A stretch of 64,000 nucleotides of DNA from an uncultured delta proteobacterium (GTDB taxonomy: Bacteria > Desulfobacterota > RBG-13-43-22): contig CAVUPH010000042.1 of the NCBI GenBank assembly GCA_963743305.1, positions 32,001 to 96,000 on the forward strand, read 5' to 3'. The notes beneath the pieces were generated by a model that saw only the letters and a program-made list of their open reading frames with translations, did no database searches and was not told where the DNA came from. How positions within the stretch are numbered: position 1 is the first letter of the stretch; each line of letters starts with the position of its first letter. Positions 19,369-28,536 of the stretch are shown here, one piece after another. A program made the translations under genes and the position numbers.

Positions 19369-20902
19369 ATGGGATCTCGAAAGGACGTCATCGTAGTCGG
19401 CGCGGGGCTGGGCGGGCTGGTAGCGGCGGCCCGACTGGTCCAGGCCGGCTGTCAGGTCCTGGTACTGGATCGGAATCCCCATGTAGCCGGGACCGCCTGG
19501 GTCTTCAACCGGGCCGGTTTTAGCTTTCCCATGGGACCCCTGGGTTTCAGCGGCTCTCACCTGGTCCAAAAAACGATTTCGGAATTGGTCCCGGGAGCCG
19601 AATTGTCTTTGAAGAGGGTCCATTATCGGTTGCGAGCCTTCGGACTGAACCTCCCCCTGTCTCTTTCCCGTCCGGCCCTGCGAGCGGCCTTGAGCCGGAT
19701 CTTTCCTCAAGAGGCCCAGGGGATAACCCGTTTTTTTGAAAAAGTCGAAAGCCTGTTCAACCTCCTGCGCGAACCGTGTTCCGAAAAAAACCGCATCGCC
19801 TTGGAAGCCGCCGCGAACGAGCCCGCCCGGGAATACCTGGATACCTTGATCGGGGATTGGCGTTTGCGGCGGGTGCTGGGCAGCCAGGGCGGTTCGGAAG
19901 CCTACGCGGCGCTGCCTCTGCTGGCCGCTATGTGGGGCCTGATGACGGAGGAAGGAATCTGGTACCCAGCAAGGGGGGCTGACGGGTTTGGGCGGCCGGC
20001 TGCAAGCGGCGGTCCTTTCTGCGAAGGGCCGGGGCGAGATCCGGCTGGGGTCGGAGGTGGGGGCCATCCGGACTCAAAAGGGACAGGTGACCGGAGTGAG
20101 GCTGACTTCCGGGGAAGTACTGGAGGCGCCGGTGGTGGTCTCCAATGGGGATTTTAAGACCACTTTTCTTAGTCTCCTGGAGCAAGACGAAATTCCCGAG
20201 ATCCTTCGACAGGAAGTGGCCGCGGCCCGGCAGACCGAATCCAATCTTCAGGTGAGCATAGGGCTCAATGAAAGCCAAGTGGATCTGTCGGCCTTTGATC
20301 AAGGCAGCCGGATTATTTTCCAGGGTGAAGGGGAGGAAAATCCCCCGGACTGGTCCGCCCCAAGAATCGAGCCCTCCAGACTGGCCGCGGGGCAAATGGA
20401 GCTCTGTCTATGGAGCGCCGACGATCCGGCTTTAGCTCCTGCCGGACGGGCCGTGCTGGTGATCCGCACCGCTGCCGACCACGGGCATTTTGCCCGTTTT
20501 CGCCCGGCCCGGGGCCGGCGGGTGGCCGGTTACCGGGAGTACAAACTGGCCCTGGGCCGGGCCATGATCCAGGAAGCGGAAAAAATTATTCCCGGCTTGA
20601 ACGGGGCCATTGAAACCCTGGATCTGGCCACTCCCTTGACCTTTGAAGAGCAGGGCGGGCGGAGCGAGGGAGCGGTGGCCGGCTGGTCCTGGGACTATGA
20701 AGACGGCCGTGACGCGAGTCCCCGTGAATTGATTCGCACCCCGATCGGCGGGCTTTTCATGGTGGGCTATCAGGCCTTTTCGGCACTATTTCTGGGGGGC
20801 GTACCCACTGCCCTGGAAAGCGGCAACCGTGCCGCAGCCTATATCTTGGAAGGTGCGGGACCGGTGGCGGAGTTTCACCTGCCCGGGAGTTTGAAGAAAT
20901 AA
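19369..20902 (+). CDS. Phytoene-desaturase-family FAD-dependent oxidoreductase, frameshift near 19985
   Basis: GAGLGG Rossmann motif, WYPARG, ATPLTF, GLFMVG, GGVPTALESG. Confidence 0.85.
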
Positions 20903-20935
20903 TCAGGTTACGACTCAATCGGGAATACTGCAGAA

Positions 20936-22702
20936 TCACCGGGGAGCTGAACGGGCCAGGGGGACCTCCGGCTGGATCCCTCCCAGCTTGGTCTCTTTGA
21001 TGTACCGCGCCACCCCCTTAAAAATTCCCTCGACAATCTGCTCCTGGTAGTCCTCCTGCATCAGGCGTTCCCGATCCTGGGAGTTGCTGATAAAAGAGAC
21101 TTCCACCAGGATGGAAGGCATCTGGGCCCCGATGAGGACGTAAAAGGGGGCCTGCTTGACCCCTAAATTTTTTATCGGCCCAAATTTTTCGTTCAGGGTC
21201 TCATACAGGTTTTGCTGGACATGATGGGCCAGCCGGGAAGATTCGTCGATTTTGGTGTTCAACATCAGATCTTTCAGGATTTTTTGCAGGTCACCGATCC
21301 GTTTCGTGGAAGTGGCGTTCTCCCTGGCCGCTACCCGCACCGCCTCCTCATCGGAAGCCAGGTTTAAGAAGTAGGTCTCAACTCCCTGGGCCAGCGGGTT
21401 GGGGCTGGCGTTGACATGAATGGACAGGAAGAGGTCGGCCTGCTTGGTGTTGGCGATGGCCGTTCGTTCCTCCAGGGGGATAAAACGATCGCCTTCGCGG
21501 CTCATAATGGTCTGGATCTTTAATTCCCGGTGGATTTTTTGGGCCAATTTTTTGGCCAATTGCAGGGTCAGGTCTTTTTCATAAAGGGTGCCATCCCCGA
21601 TGGCCCCCTTGTCCTTCCCGCCGTGTCCGGCATCAACGACCACCCGCTGGACCCCCAGACACAATTGCTGGGCCAGGGATAATTTCTGGTCCTTTGCCGG
21701 GGTGCCGGGAAGCGGAGCCGCCACTTGTTTTTCCTTGCCGCTAACGTCGATAATGACTCGAAAAGGGTTTTCCAGGAAAAAAACCTTGTAGCCTTTAATA
21801 CTTTCAATATCGAGCACCACCCGGACCGTGGAAAAATCATACTGGCCGGCCCGGGCCGAGCGGAGCAATCCGTCTCGGATGACCAGAGGTTCTTTAAGTT
21901 CTTTATTTAACCGGGCCGGATAGAGATCCAGATAAAGACGCTCCGGTTTTTCTATGGCGGGATTTTTTTTAAGCAGCCGCTGGCGCAGGGAAACCTTTTC
22001 TTCCACATCCACCACGATCCGGGTGTATTCAGGGGTCGTCCAGTAGCGGATGCCGGTGACCTGGGGCAAAGACTTGGCCACGGGTTCGGCGGGCGGAGTC
22101 GTATTTTTTTCTTCGAGGGGCAGGATTTCAGCGGGGTTTTCCAGGGGCGGATTCACCGCCGCCGGGGCCTCCTTACCCATTTGGGCCAGTAGATCTTCGG
22201 CCTTCTTCCGCATATCCCCCTGGGGGTATTTTTTGATCAGGGTTTGCAGCAGTTCCCGGGCCCGATCCGGATTCATTTTAAAGCGCTGCTGAATTTCCGC
22301 CAGCTTGAACAGGGCGTCGTCGGCCAGGGAGCTTTCGGGATAGTGGTTGGTAAAACGAATAAAATAATCCTGGGCCAGGTCCAGGTCGGCCGGCAGCCAC
22401 GTCTGCTGATAGAGGTTTAGATAAATCCGGGCGAGCATGAACATGGACTTCTCTCCCCAAAGGGATTGGGGCTGCTCCTTATAGAAGTGTTTAAACTGGT
22501 CGATCAGGGGCTGCCAGTTATGGCGATACAGGCGCTGGGGGGATTTTTCCAGGGCCAGAAAAGCCTTTCGCGACTCCTGGTAGGCGTCTTCGAGGTTCGG
22601 AGCGGAAACGGCCCAGAGTTGCTGAGGGACGAGGAGACTCCAAAAGACCAATCCCCAGAGGAGCAGCGGTAGAGGCGCTTTCCAGGATCCTGAAAAAGAC
22701 AT
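20936..22702 (-). CDS. N-acetylmuramoyl-L-alanine amidase (TPR + AMIN + Amidase_3)
   Basis: DAGHGGKD, EKDLTL, SIHVNA, PSILVEV; AMIN motifs YTRIVVD and PFRVIIDV. Confidence 0.93.
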   Translation of the reverse strand: MSFSGSWKAPLPLLLWGLVFWSLLVPQQLWAVSAPNLEDAYQESRKAFLALEKSPQRLYRHNWQPLIDQFKHFYKEQPQSLWGEKSMFMLARIYLNLYQQTWLPADLDLAQDYFIRFTNHYPESSLADDALFKLAEIQQRFKMNPDRARELLQTLIKKYPQGDMRKKAEDLLAQMGKEAPAAVNPPLENPAEILPLEEKNTTPPAEPVAKSLPQVTGIRYWTTPEYTRIVVDVEEKVSLRQRLLKKNPAIEKPERLYLDLYPARLNKELKEPLVIRDGLLRSARAGQYDFSTVRVVLDIESIKGYKVFFLENPFRVIIDVSGKEKQVAAPLPGTPAKDQKLSLAQQLCLGVQRVVVDAGHGGKDKGAIGDGTLYEKDLTLQLAKKLAQKIHRELKIQTIMSREGDRFIPLEERTAIANTKQADLFLSIHVNASPNPLAQGVETYFLNLASDEEAVRVAARENATSTKRIGDLQKILKDLMLNTKIDESSRLAHHVQQNLYETLNEKFGPIKNLGVKQAPFYVLIGAQMPSILVEVSFISNSQDRERLMQEDYQEQIVEGIFKGVARYIKETKLGGIQPEVPLARSAPR

Positions 22703-22706
22703 AGGC

Positions 22707-25328
22707 TTATTTTTCCTCAATCAAATCCTTTAATTCTTTCAAGGTCACCAAGGCTTGAAAAGGAGTTAAGTGGTCAAGGGAAAGGTTCTTGAGCCGTTCT
22801 TCCAGCACCCCGTTCAGGCGGGGAAAAATCTCCATCTGGGCTGATGAGGTTTCACCCGACTGAAGAGAAGACCGGGCCAGCGGGGGCACTCCCCAGAGGT
22901 CCAGTTCTCCTTTTTCCAAATTATCGAGGACCTCCCGGGCCCGTTCAATCACCGCGTCGGGGATGCCGGCCAACCGGGCCACTTGAATTCCGTAGCTCCG
23001 ACTGGTTCCGCCTTCCTTCAGCTTGCGGAGGAAGATGATCTGGTTGTTGAATTCCTTGACCGCCACATGTACATTTTTAACTTTTTTTTTGGTCTGCGTC
23101 AAGTCCGTCAATTCGTGATAGTGGGTGGCAAAGAGGGTTTTTACCCCCCGACCCCGCAGATCATGAAGGCCTTCGGCTACCGCCCAGGCGATGCTCAATC
23201 CGTCAAAGGTACTGGTTCCCCGGCCGATTTCGTCGAGCAAAACCAAACTCTGGGGGGTGGCCTGGTGCAGAATCTGGGCCGTTTCCTGCATCTCCACCAT
23301 AAAAGTGCTCTGCCCCTGGGAGAGGTCGTCTGAGGCCCCCACCCGGGTGAAGATCTGGTCCACCAGGCCGATTTCCGCCGCCGCCGCCGGAACGAAGGAG
23401 CCCATCTGGGCCATCAAAACGATCAGGGCCGTCTGGCGCAGGACGGTGGATTTGCCGGCCATATTGGGCCCGGTAATGATGATCATTTGCTGGGATTCAT
23501 TGTCCAGGGTGATGGAATTGGGGACAAAGGCTTGGGCGGGCAGGTGCTTTTCGATCACCGGATGTCGGCCGTCCTGGATCCGGATCGCTTCACCGTTATT
23601 GAGGACCGGCCGGCAATAATGATTTTCCTGGGCTATTTGGGCGAGTGCGGCCAGGACGTCCAGGTCGGAAACGATCCGGGCGGTTTGTTGCAGGCGGCCG
23701 CTTTCCCGAGCCACCTGCTGACGAATTTCCTGGAAGAGCTGCATTTCCAGTTGCCAGCGTTTTTCTTCGGCTTCGAGGACCAGGGTTTCGTAGTCCTTTA
23801 ATTCGGGGGTCAGAAAGCGTTCGCCGTTGACCAGGGTTTGCTTGCGCTGGTAATCCTCGGGGACCAGATGCAGATTGGCTTTGGAGACTTCGAGGTAATA
23901 ACCAAAGACCCGATTGAAGCCCACCTTCAGAGAGCCGATCCCCGATCGTTTCCGTTCCTTGGCTTCCAGGGCCGCGATCCACTCCTTCCCTTCCAGGCTG
24001 ACGTGCAGGTATTGGTCCAGGGTCGGGTGGTAGCCCCGGCGAATGACCCGGGACTCCTTATCCCGGATAGTCGGGGAGGGTTCATCCAGCAGGGCCTGCT
24101 GGAGGGCGTCCGCCATATCGGTTAAGGGATCCAGCCCCTGCCCCAGGGTGCTTAAGGACGCCTGTCGGCTTTGAAGTAATGATTCCCGAAAGGCCGGAAG
24201 CTGTTGGAGTGAGATTTTCAGGGCCACCAGGTCACGGGGGGTGGCCTGCTGGAGGCAGGCCTTGGCCACCAGGCGTTCCAGGTCGTAGATGCGTTCCAGG
24301 GAGGCCCGCAACCGCTGACGCAGCGGGGGATCTTCGACGAGCGCTTCCACCCGTTCCTGCCTTTCCTGGATGCGCTCTCGTTCCCGCAGGGGATAGGTGA
24401 TCCAGTGCTTGAGTTTCCGGCTGCCCATGGCCGTCAGGGTCTGGTCCAGAATGGAGAGCAGGGAACCCTGGCGGGTGCCCCGGTAAAGGGTCCGGGTCAG
24501 TTCCAGGTGGCGCTGCGTGGATTCGTTCAGGGTCAGGAATTCGGAAAGGTGATAGACTTGCAGGCTGCGTAAATGGGAGAGGTCCCCTTTTTGGGTTTCC
24601 TGCAAGTACAAAAAAAGGGCCCCGGCGGCCCGGACGCCCTCCGGTCTATCCGCCAGGCCAAAGCCGGCCAGGGAGTGGACCTGAAAGTGATCTTTCAGCA
24701 GGGATTCGGCGCGATTCAATTCGAAGGTCGAGTCCTGTCCAAAGCTCAAGAAATAGGCGCTCAGCTTTTCCCTGAAATCCTGGAGCGCGGGGTTATCCTT
24801 TATGGACCGGGGCAGGAGGACCTCCGCCGGACCCAGCCGGGCGATTTCCTCCAAAGTCTGGTTGGGGTTTTGAAAATCCGTAACCCGGAATTCGCCGGTG
24901 GAGAGATCGACCACCGCCAGTCCGATGGTCTTCTCCCGCGGGCATAACGAGAGAAGATACCGGTTTCCCTGATTGGAAGGCTCATCCAGAAAGACGCCGG
25001 GAGTGATCAAGCGCGTCACTTCCCGGCGCACGATTCCTTTGGCCAGGGCCGGATCTTCCACCTGCTCGCAGAGGGCGACCTTGTACCCTTTTTCAACCAG
25101 GCGGGCGATATAGCCGGAAACGGCTTGCACCGGAACGCCGCACATGGGGACGGGATTCGCCGCTCCCTTATTTCGAGAAGTCAGCGTGATCTCCAGGACC
25201 CGGGAGGCGACCAGGGCGTCTTCGAAAAACATCTCGTAAAAATCTCCCAGGTGGTACAAAAGGAGATAATCCTGATGCCGGGCTTTAATTTCCAGGTATT
25301 GTTCCAGCATGGGAGTGGTTTTATTCAT
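22707..25328 (-). CDS. mutS: DNA mismatch repair protein MutS
   Basis: TPMLEQY, GDFYEMF, GPNMAGKS, STFMVEM, DEIGRGT, SYGIQVA. Confidence 0.98.
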   Translation of the reverse strand: MNKTTPMLEQYLEIKARHQDYLLLYHLGDFYEMFFEDALVASRVLEITLTSRNKGAANPVPMCGVPVQAVSGYIARLVEKGYKVALCEQVEDPALAKGIVRREVTRLITPGVFLDEPSNQGNRYLLSLCPREKTIGLAVVDLSTGEFRVTDFQNPNQTLEEIARLGPAEVLLPRSIKDNPALQDFREKLSAYFLSFGQDSTFELNRAESLLKDHFQVHSLAGFGLADRPEGVRAAGALFLYLQETQKGDLSHLRSLQVYHLSEFLTLNESTQRHLELTRTLYRGTRQGSLLSILDQTLTAMGSRKLKHWITYPLRERERIQERQERVEALVEDPPLRQRLRASLERIYDLERLVAKACLQQATPRDLVALKISLQQLPAFRESLLQSRQASLSTLGQGLDPLTDMADALQQALLDEPSPTIRDKESRVIRRGYHPTLDQYLHVSLEGKEWIAALEAKERKRSGIGSLKVGFNRVFGYYLEVSKANLHLVPEDYQRKQTLVNGERFLTPELKDYETLVLEAEEKRWQLEMQLFQEIRQQVARESGRLQQTARIVSDLDVLAALAQIAQENHYCRPVLNNGEAIRIQDGRHPVIEKHLPAQAFVPNSITLDNESQQMIIITGPNMAGKSTVLRQTALIVLMAQMGSFVPAAAAEIGLVDQIFTRVGASDDLSQGQSTFMVEMQETAQILHQATPQSLVLLDEIGRGTSTFDGLSIAWAVAEGLHDLRGRGVKTLFATHYHELTDLTQTKKKVKNVHVAVKEFNNQIIFLRKLKEGGTSRSYGIQVARLAGIPDAVIERAREVLDNLEKGELDLWGVPPLARSSLQSGETSSAQMEIFPRLNGVLEERLKNLSLDHLTPFQALVTLKELKDLIEEK

Positions 25329-25410
25329 CCGGAACGATGCTCCGCGAAATCAGGAGCCCGGTGGTATCCGGGCGTCGGGAAGGTGAGCAACAAAAAAACA
25401 TGGGAAGTTT

Positions 25411-25761
25411 TTATTCCCGGGTGGGTGAAGGAGAGGCTGTTTTGATCCGGGTGGCGGGATCCGACCGATCTTCGAGACGCTGCCGTTCCGTTTCCAGCGT
25501 ACGATTTATATTTTGCAGAGACTTGATTTCTTTTTTCAAATGATGGGCCTTGAAAAAATACAGCAGCCCGGCCAAGAGAAATCCCATCATAAAAAGAAGG
25601 AAGGCCGTCAGGTAGAAGGGCAGGGGAACGGATTCCAGATTGACGAGCCCTAGATTCAAATGCAGCGAATGGTTGGTGGTCAAGGTGGTGTAATTTTGAA
25701 CTACAAAAACGAGCAACAGCAGCAGTAGGAGGATGTAAAAAAAAAGCCTGAGGTTGGTCAT
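25411..25761 (-). CDS. LapA-family membrane protein
   Basis: Two TM helices with FVVQN, followed by a coiled-coil tail. Confidence 0.75.
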   Translation of the reverse strand: MTNLRLFFYILLLLLLLVFVVQNYTTLTTNHSLHLNLGLVNLESVPLPFYLTAFLLFMMGFLLAGLLYFFKAHHLKKEIKSLQNINRTLETERQRLEDRSDPATRIKTASPSPTRE

Positions 25762-25762
25762 G

Positions 25763-26254
25763 TCAGCCTTCCCTCACCTCCTGGAAACACCGGACCAGAC
25801 GTTCATAGGTCTGGTCCAGATGCTCCGGAATGACCCGCAGGTCGCCGACCACGGCCATGAAATTCGTGTCCCCGTTCCAGCGGGGGACGATGTGAAAATG
25901 CAGGTGATCAGCCACCCCGGCGCCGGCCACTTTCCCCAGGTTCAATCCCACATTGAATCCTTCCGGGTCGAGGACCTGCTTGAGGATGGCCACCGATCGG
26001 CGGACCATGGCCAGCAGGGCCGAAAGTTCTTTATCGGTCAAGGGTTCCAGGTCGGGGACATGCCTGACCGGGGCTACCAGCAGATGACCGTTATTATAGG
26101 GAAACTTGTTCATCATCACCAGGGTGGTTTCATCCCAATAAAGGATGTGCCGCTCTTTCATTTCGTCTAAAGAGGTCGGACAAAAAATACAACCGGGTTC
26201 TTTTTGGTTATTGAGGATATATTCCATCCGCCAGGGGGCCCATAAAACCTTCAC
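25763..26254 (-). CDS. HIT-family hydrolase (Ap4A phosphorylase-like)
   Basis: WAPWRMEYI, CIFC, NKFPYNNGHLLVAP, HLHFHIVPRW. Confidence 0.93.
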   Translation of the reverse strand: MKVLWAPWRMEYILNNQKEPGCIFCPTSLDEMKERHILYWDETTLVMMNKFPYNNGHLLVAPVRHVPDLEPLTDKELSALLAMVRRSVAILKQVLDPEGFNVGLNLGKVAGAGVADHLHFHIVPRWNGDTNFMAVVGDLRVIPEHLDQTYERLVRCFQEVREG

Positions 26255-26263
26255 GGTTTTCTC

Positions 26264-26734
26264 CTAAATTTCGATGATTTCACCTGTTAGTTGTGATCCC
26301 AGTTGAAGAATGCCGACCGTCGGCCGGCGGCCGGACCCGGAGGCTGAACCGGGATTGAAAAAAAACTGGTTGCCGCTCCAATGATTGGCCGGGATATGGG
26401 AATGCCCGTAAACAATGGCGTCCGCTTCGGGGAACTCCCGGCGGATCCGTTCTTCCAGCCCCAGCGCCGATCCCCAGCCGTGCATCAGGCCGATTCGAAA
26501 GCCTCCCAGGTGGAGGGTTTTTTTTACCGGCAATTCCTCCCGGAGCGGCCACTCATCCATGTTCCCCTGCACGGCCTCCAGCGGGAGGGCGGTCAGGTAG
26601 CGGTACACCGCGGACCCGACCATATCCCCGGCATGAATCAGGAGATCGACATCCCGGAAACATTCCTCGATGATCTGCTCCAGTTTCGGGGTGACCCGGG
26701 TCAGATGGGTATCGGAAAGGACGCCGATGCGCAT
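26264..26734 (-). CDS. YfcE/MJ0936-family metallophosphoesterase
   Basis: SDTH, HAGD, GNMD, GHSH, NPGS. Confidence 0.92.
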   Translation of the reverse strand: MRIGVLSDTHLTRVTPKLEQIIEECFRDVDLLIHAGDMVGSAVYRYLTALPLEAVQGNMDEWPLREELPVKKTLHLGGFRIGLMHGWGSALGLEERIRREFPEADAIVYGHSHIPANHWSGNQFFFNPGSASGSGRRPTVGILQLGSQLTGEIIEI

Positions 26735-26810
26735 GATCTCAAGCATAATAAATTGCCGCATTTTGTCAAGTTAAACTTGGATCGGGGGGGACTCCCTTCC
26801 CGAATACGGC

Positions 26811-27353
26811 TTACCCAAAGATCCAGTTCACCAGCCAGACCGAGGTGAGGATTCCAACTACATCGGCTACGATGCCGGCCGGTACGGCCTGTCGGGTCCG
26901 GGAGATCCCCACCGAGCCGAAATAGACGGCCAGGACATAAAAAGTGGTTTCACCGCTGCCCATCATGACCGAGACCATTCGGCCGATCAAGGAATCCGGT
27001 CCCTGGGCTTTGAGGGTTTCCGCCATGACCCCCAGGGCCCCGCTGCCCGATAGCGGGCGCATCAGGGCCATGGGCAGGGTTTCGGCCGGCATGCCGATCC
27101 AGCGGGTCAGCGGCGAAAGGAGCATCGTCAACAGGTCCATGGCCCCGCCGGAGCGAAAAATGCCGATGGCTACCAACATGGCCACCAGGTAGGGGATAAT
27201 CCGGACCCCTACGTTGAACCCCTCACGGGCGCCTTCCACAAAGGCCTCGTAGATTTTGACCTTTTTGACGGCCCCGTGAATCACGATGACCAGCACCAGC
27301 AAAGGGATGGCCAGCAGGGAAAGGACTTCGATGATTTGGGCCAGTAAGTCCAC
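26811..27353 (-). CDS. spmB: Spore maturation protein B family membrane protein
   Basis: YEAFVEGAREGF, RPLSGSGA, GETTFYVLAVYFGSV. Confidence 0.9.
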   Translation of the reverse strand: MDLLAQIIEVLSLLAIPLLVLVIVIHGAVKKVKIYEAFVEGAREGFNVGVRIIPYLVAMLVAIGIFRSGGAMDLLTMLLSPLTRWIGMPAETLPMALMRPLSGSGALGVMAETLKAQGPDSLIGRMVSVMMGSGETTFYVLAVYFGSVGISRTRQAVPAGIVADVVGILTSVWLVNWIFG

Positions 27354-27394
27354 GGTAAGGTTAACCTTTAATTGGTTTTGAAAACAAAAGCAAC

Positions 27395-27482
27395 AAATCC
27401 CCCCTGCTCCCCCCTTTTTCTAAGGGGGGAAATCCTTCCGTAAGTCTCCTCCCTTTAATAAAGGGAGGTTGGGAGGGATTTT
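27395..27482. repeat. REP-like palindromic element between spmA and spmB
   Basis: AAATCCC...GGGATTT outer arms with two internal hairpins (CCCCCTT/AAGGGGG and CTCCCTTT/AAAGGGAG). Confidence 0.7.
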
Positions 27483-27490
27483 TGAAAGGA

Positions 27491-28472
27491 TCAATCCAAC
27501 TGTCTTCTAAAAAAAGACCAGCGGGCCAAGAGTTTAACGGTAAGGATTCCGACCACGGTATTGATCGTCGTGGCCAGGATCACCGGGCCGATGATCTCCG
27601 TGGGATTGGCAGACCCGGAGGCGGCCCGGATGGCGATTACCGTGGCCGGGATCAACTGAACGCTGCTGGTATTGATCACCAGGAACGTGCACATGGCATC
27701 GGTGGCCGTGCCCGTTTTTGGGTTGAGCCGGTTCAGTTCTTCCATGGCCTTCAGTCCCAGGGGTGTGGCCGCATTGCCCAGTCCCAGCATGTTGGCCGCG
27801 ATATTCATGATCATGGCTCCCATGGCCGGGTGGTCCGGCGGCACGTCGGGAAAGAGCCGGGTCATGACCGATTTCAGGGAGCAAGCCAGAGCGGAGACCA
27901 ACCCGGACCGCTCGGCAATTTTCATCAGTCCCAGCCAGAGGGCCATGATGCCGATCAGGCCGATGGCCAATTCTACGGCGATCTGGGCAGAACGCAGGAT
28001 TCCCTCCCGGGTTACGGCCTGGACCGTGGCAAAACGGACGGGGTCAAAAGAGATCCAGGCCGCACCCTCCGGGGCTCGGGAAGGCTCCCAGCGGACCCGG
28101 GCCCAGAGGGCCTCCGGGTCGTTTTGGGCTTTTTGAATTTCTTTCCAGAGCGTCGGGGTTTGGGCATTCGGGATAATCCGCAGTCTTCCTAGTCCGGGAC
28201 GGAGGGTGCGTGAGCTCGGCCCGTTGCCGCAGGGGACCGCCGCCGGGGAGGGGTCGGCCATAGAATTTCTGGAAAACCTGAGGGTCGATGGAGAAAGTGC
28301 CCGGGATGGGAGCGGGTCGGGAGAGCGCCTCGGAAACGGGCGGGCTGAATTCCAGGGAAATGGCCAGTTCCTGCCCGTTCCGGAAACGGTTGACGGCCAG
28401 GTCCACCGTGTCTTTTCCGATGGCCAACAAACTGCCCAGGAGAATCAGCGCCATCCAGATATAATTAAGCAC
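27491..28472 (-). CDS. spmA: Spore maturation protein A / nucleoside-recognition family protein with a large insertion, frameshift near 28260
   Basis: LNYIWMALI start; LWLGLMKIAE, NMLGLGNAATPLGLKAM, FLVINTSSVQLIP. Confidence 0.88.
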
Positions 28473-28536
28473 AATCGATGCCCTTTCAAACCTCGCAATG
28501 ACAGAACGGGGGATATCCTGCAAACCACAATCGAGG

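Noticed and set aside
26811-28472. Evidence for endospore formation from spmA/spmB
   Set aside because: SpmA/B homologs occur in many non-sporulating bacteria and the window encodes outer-membrane functions
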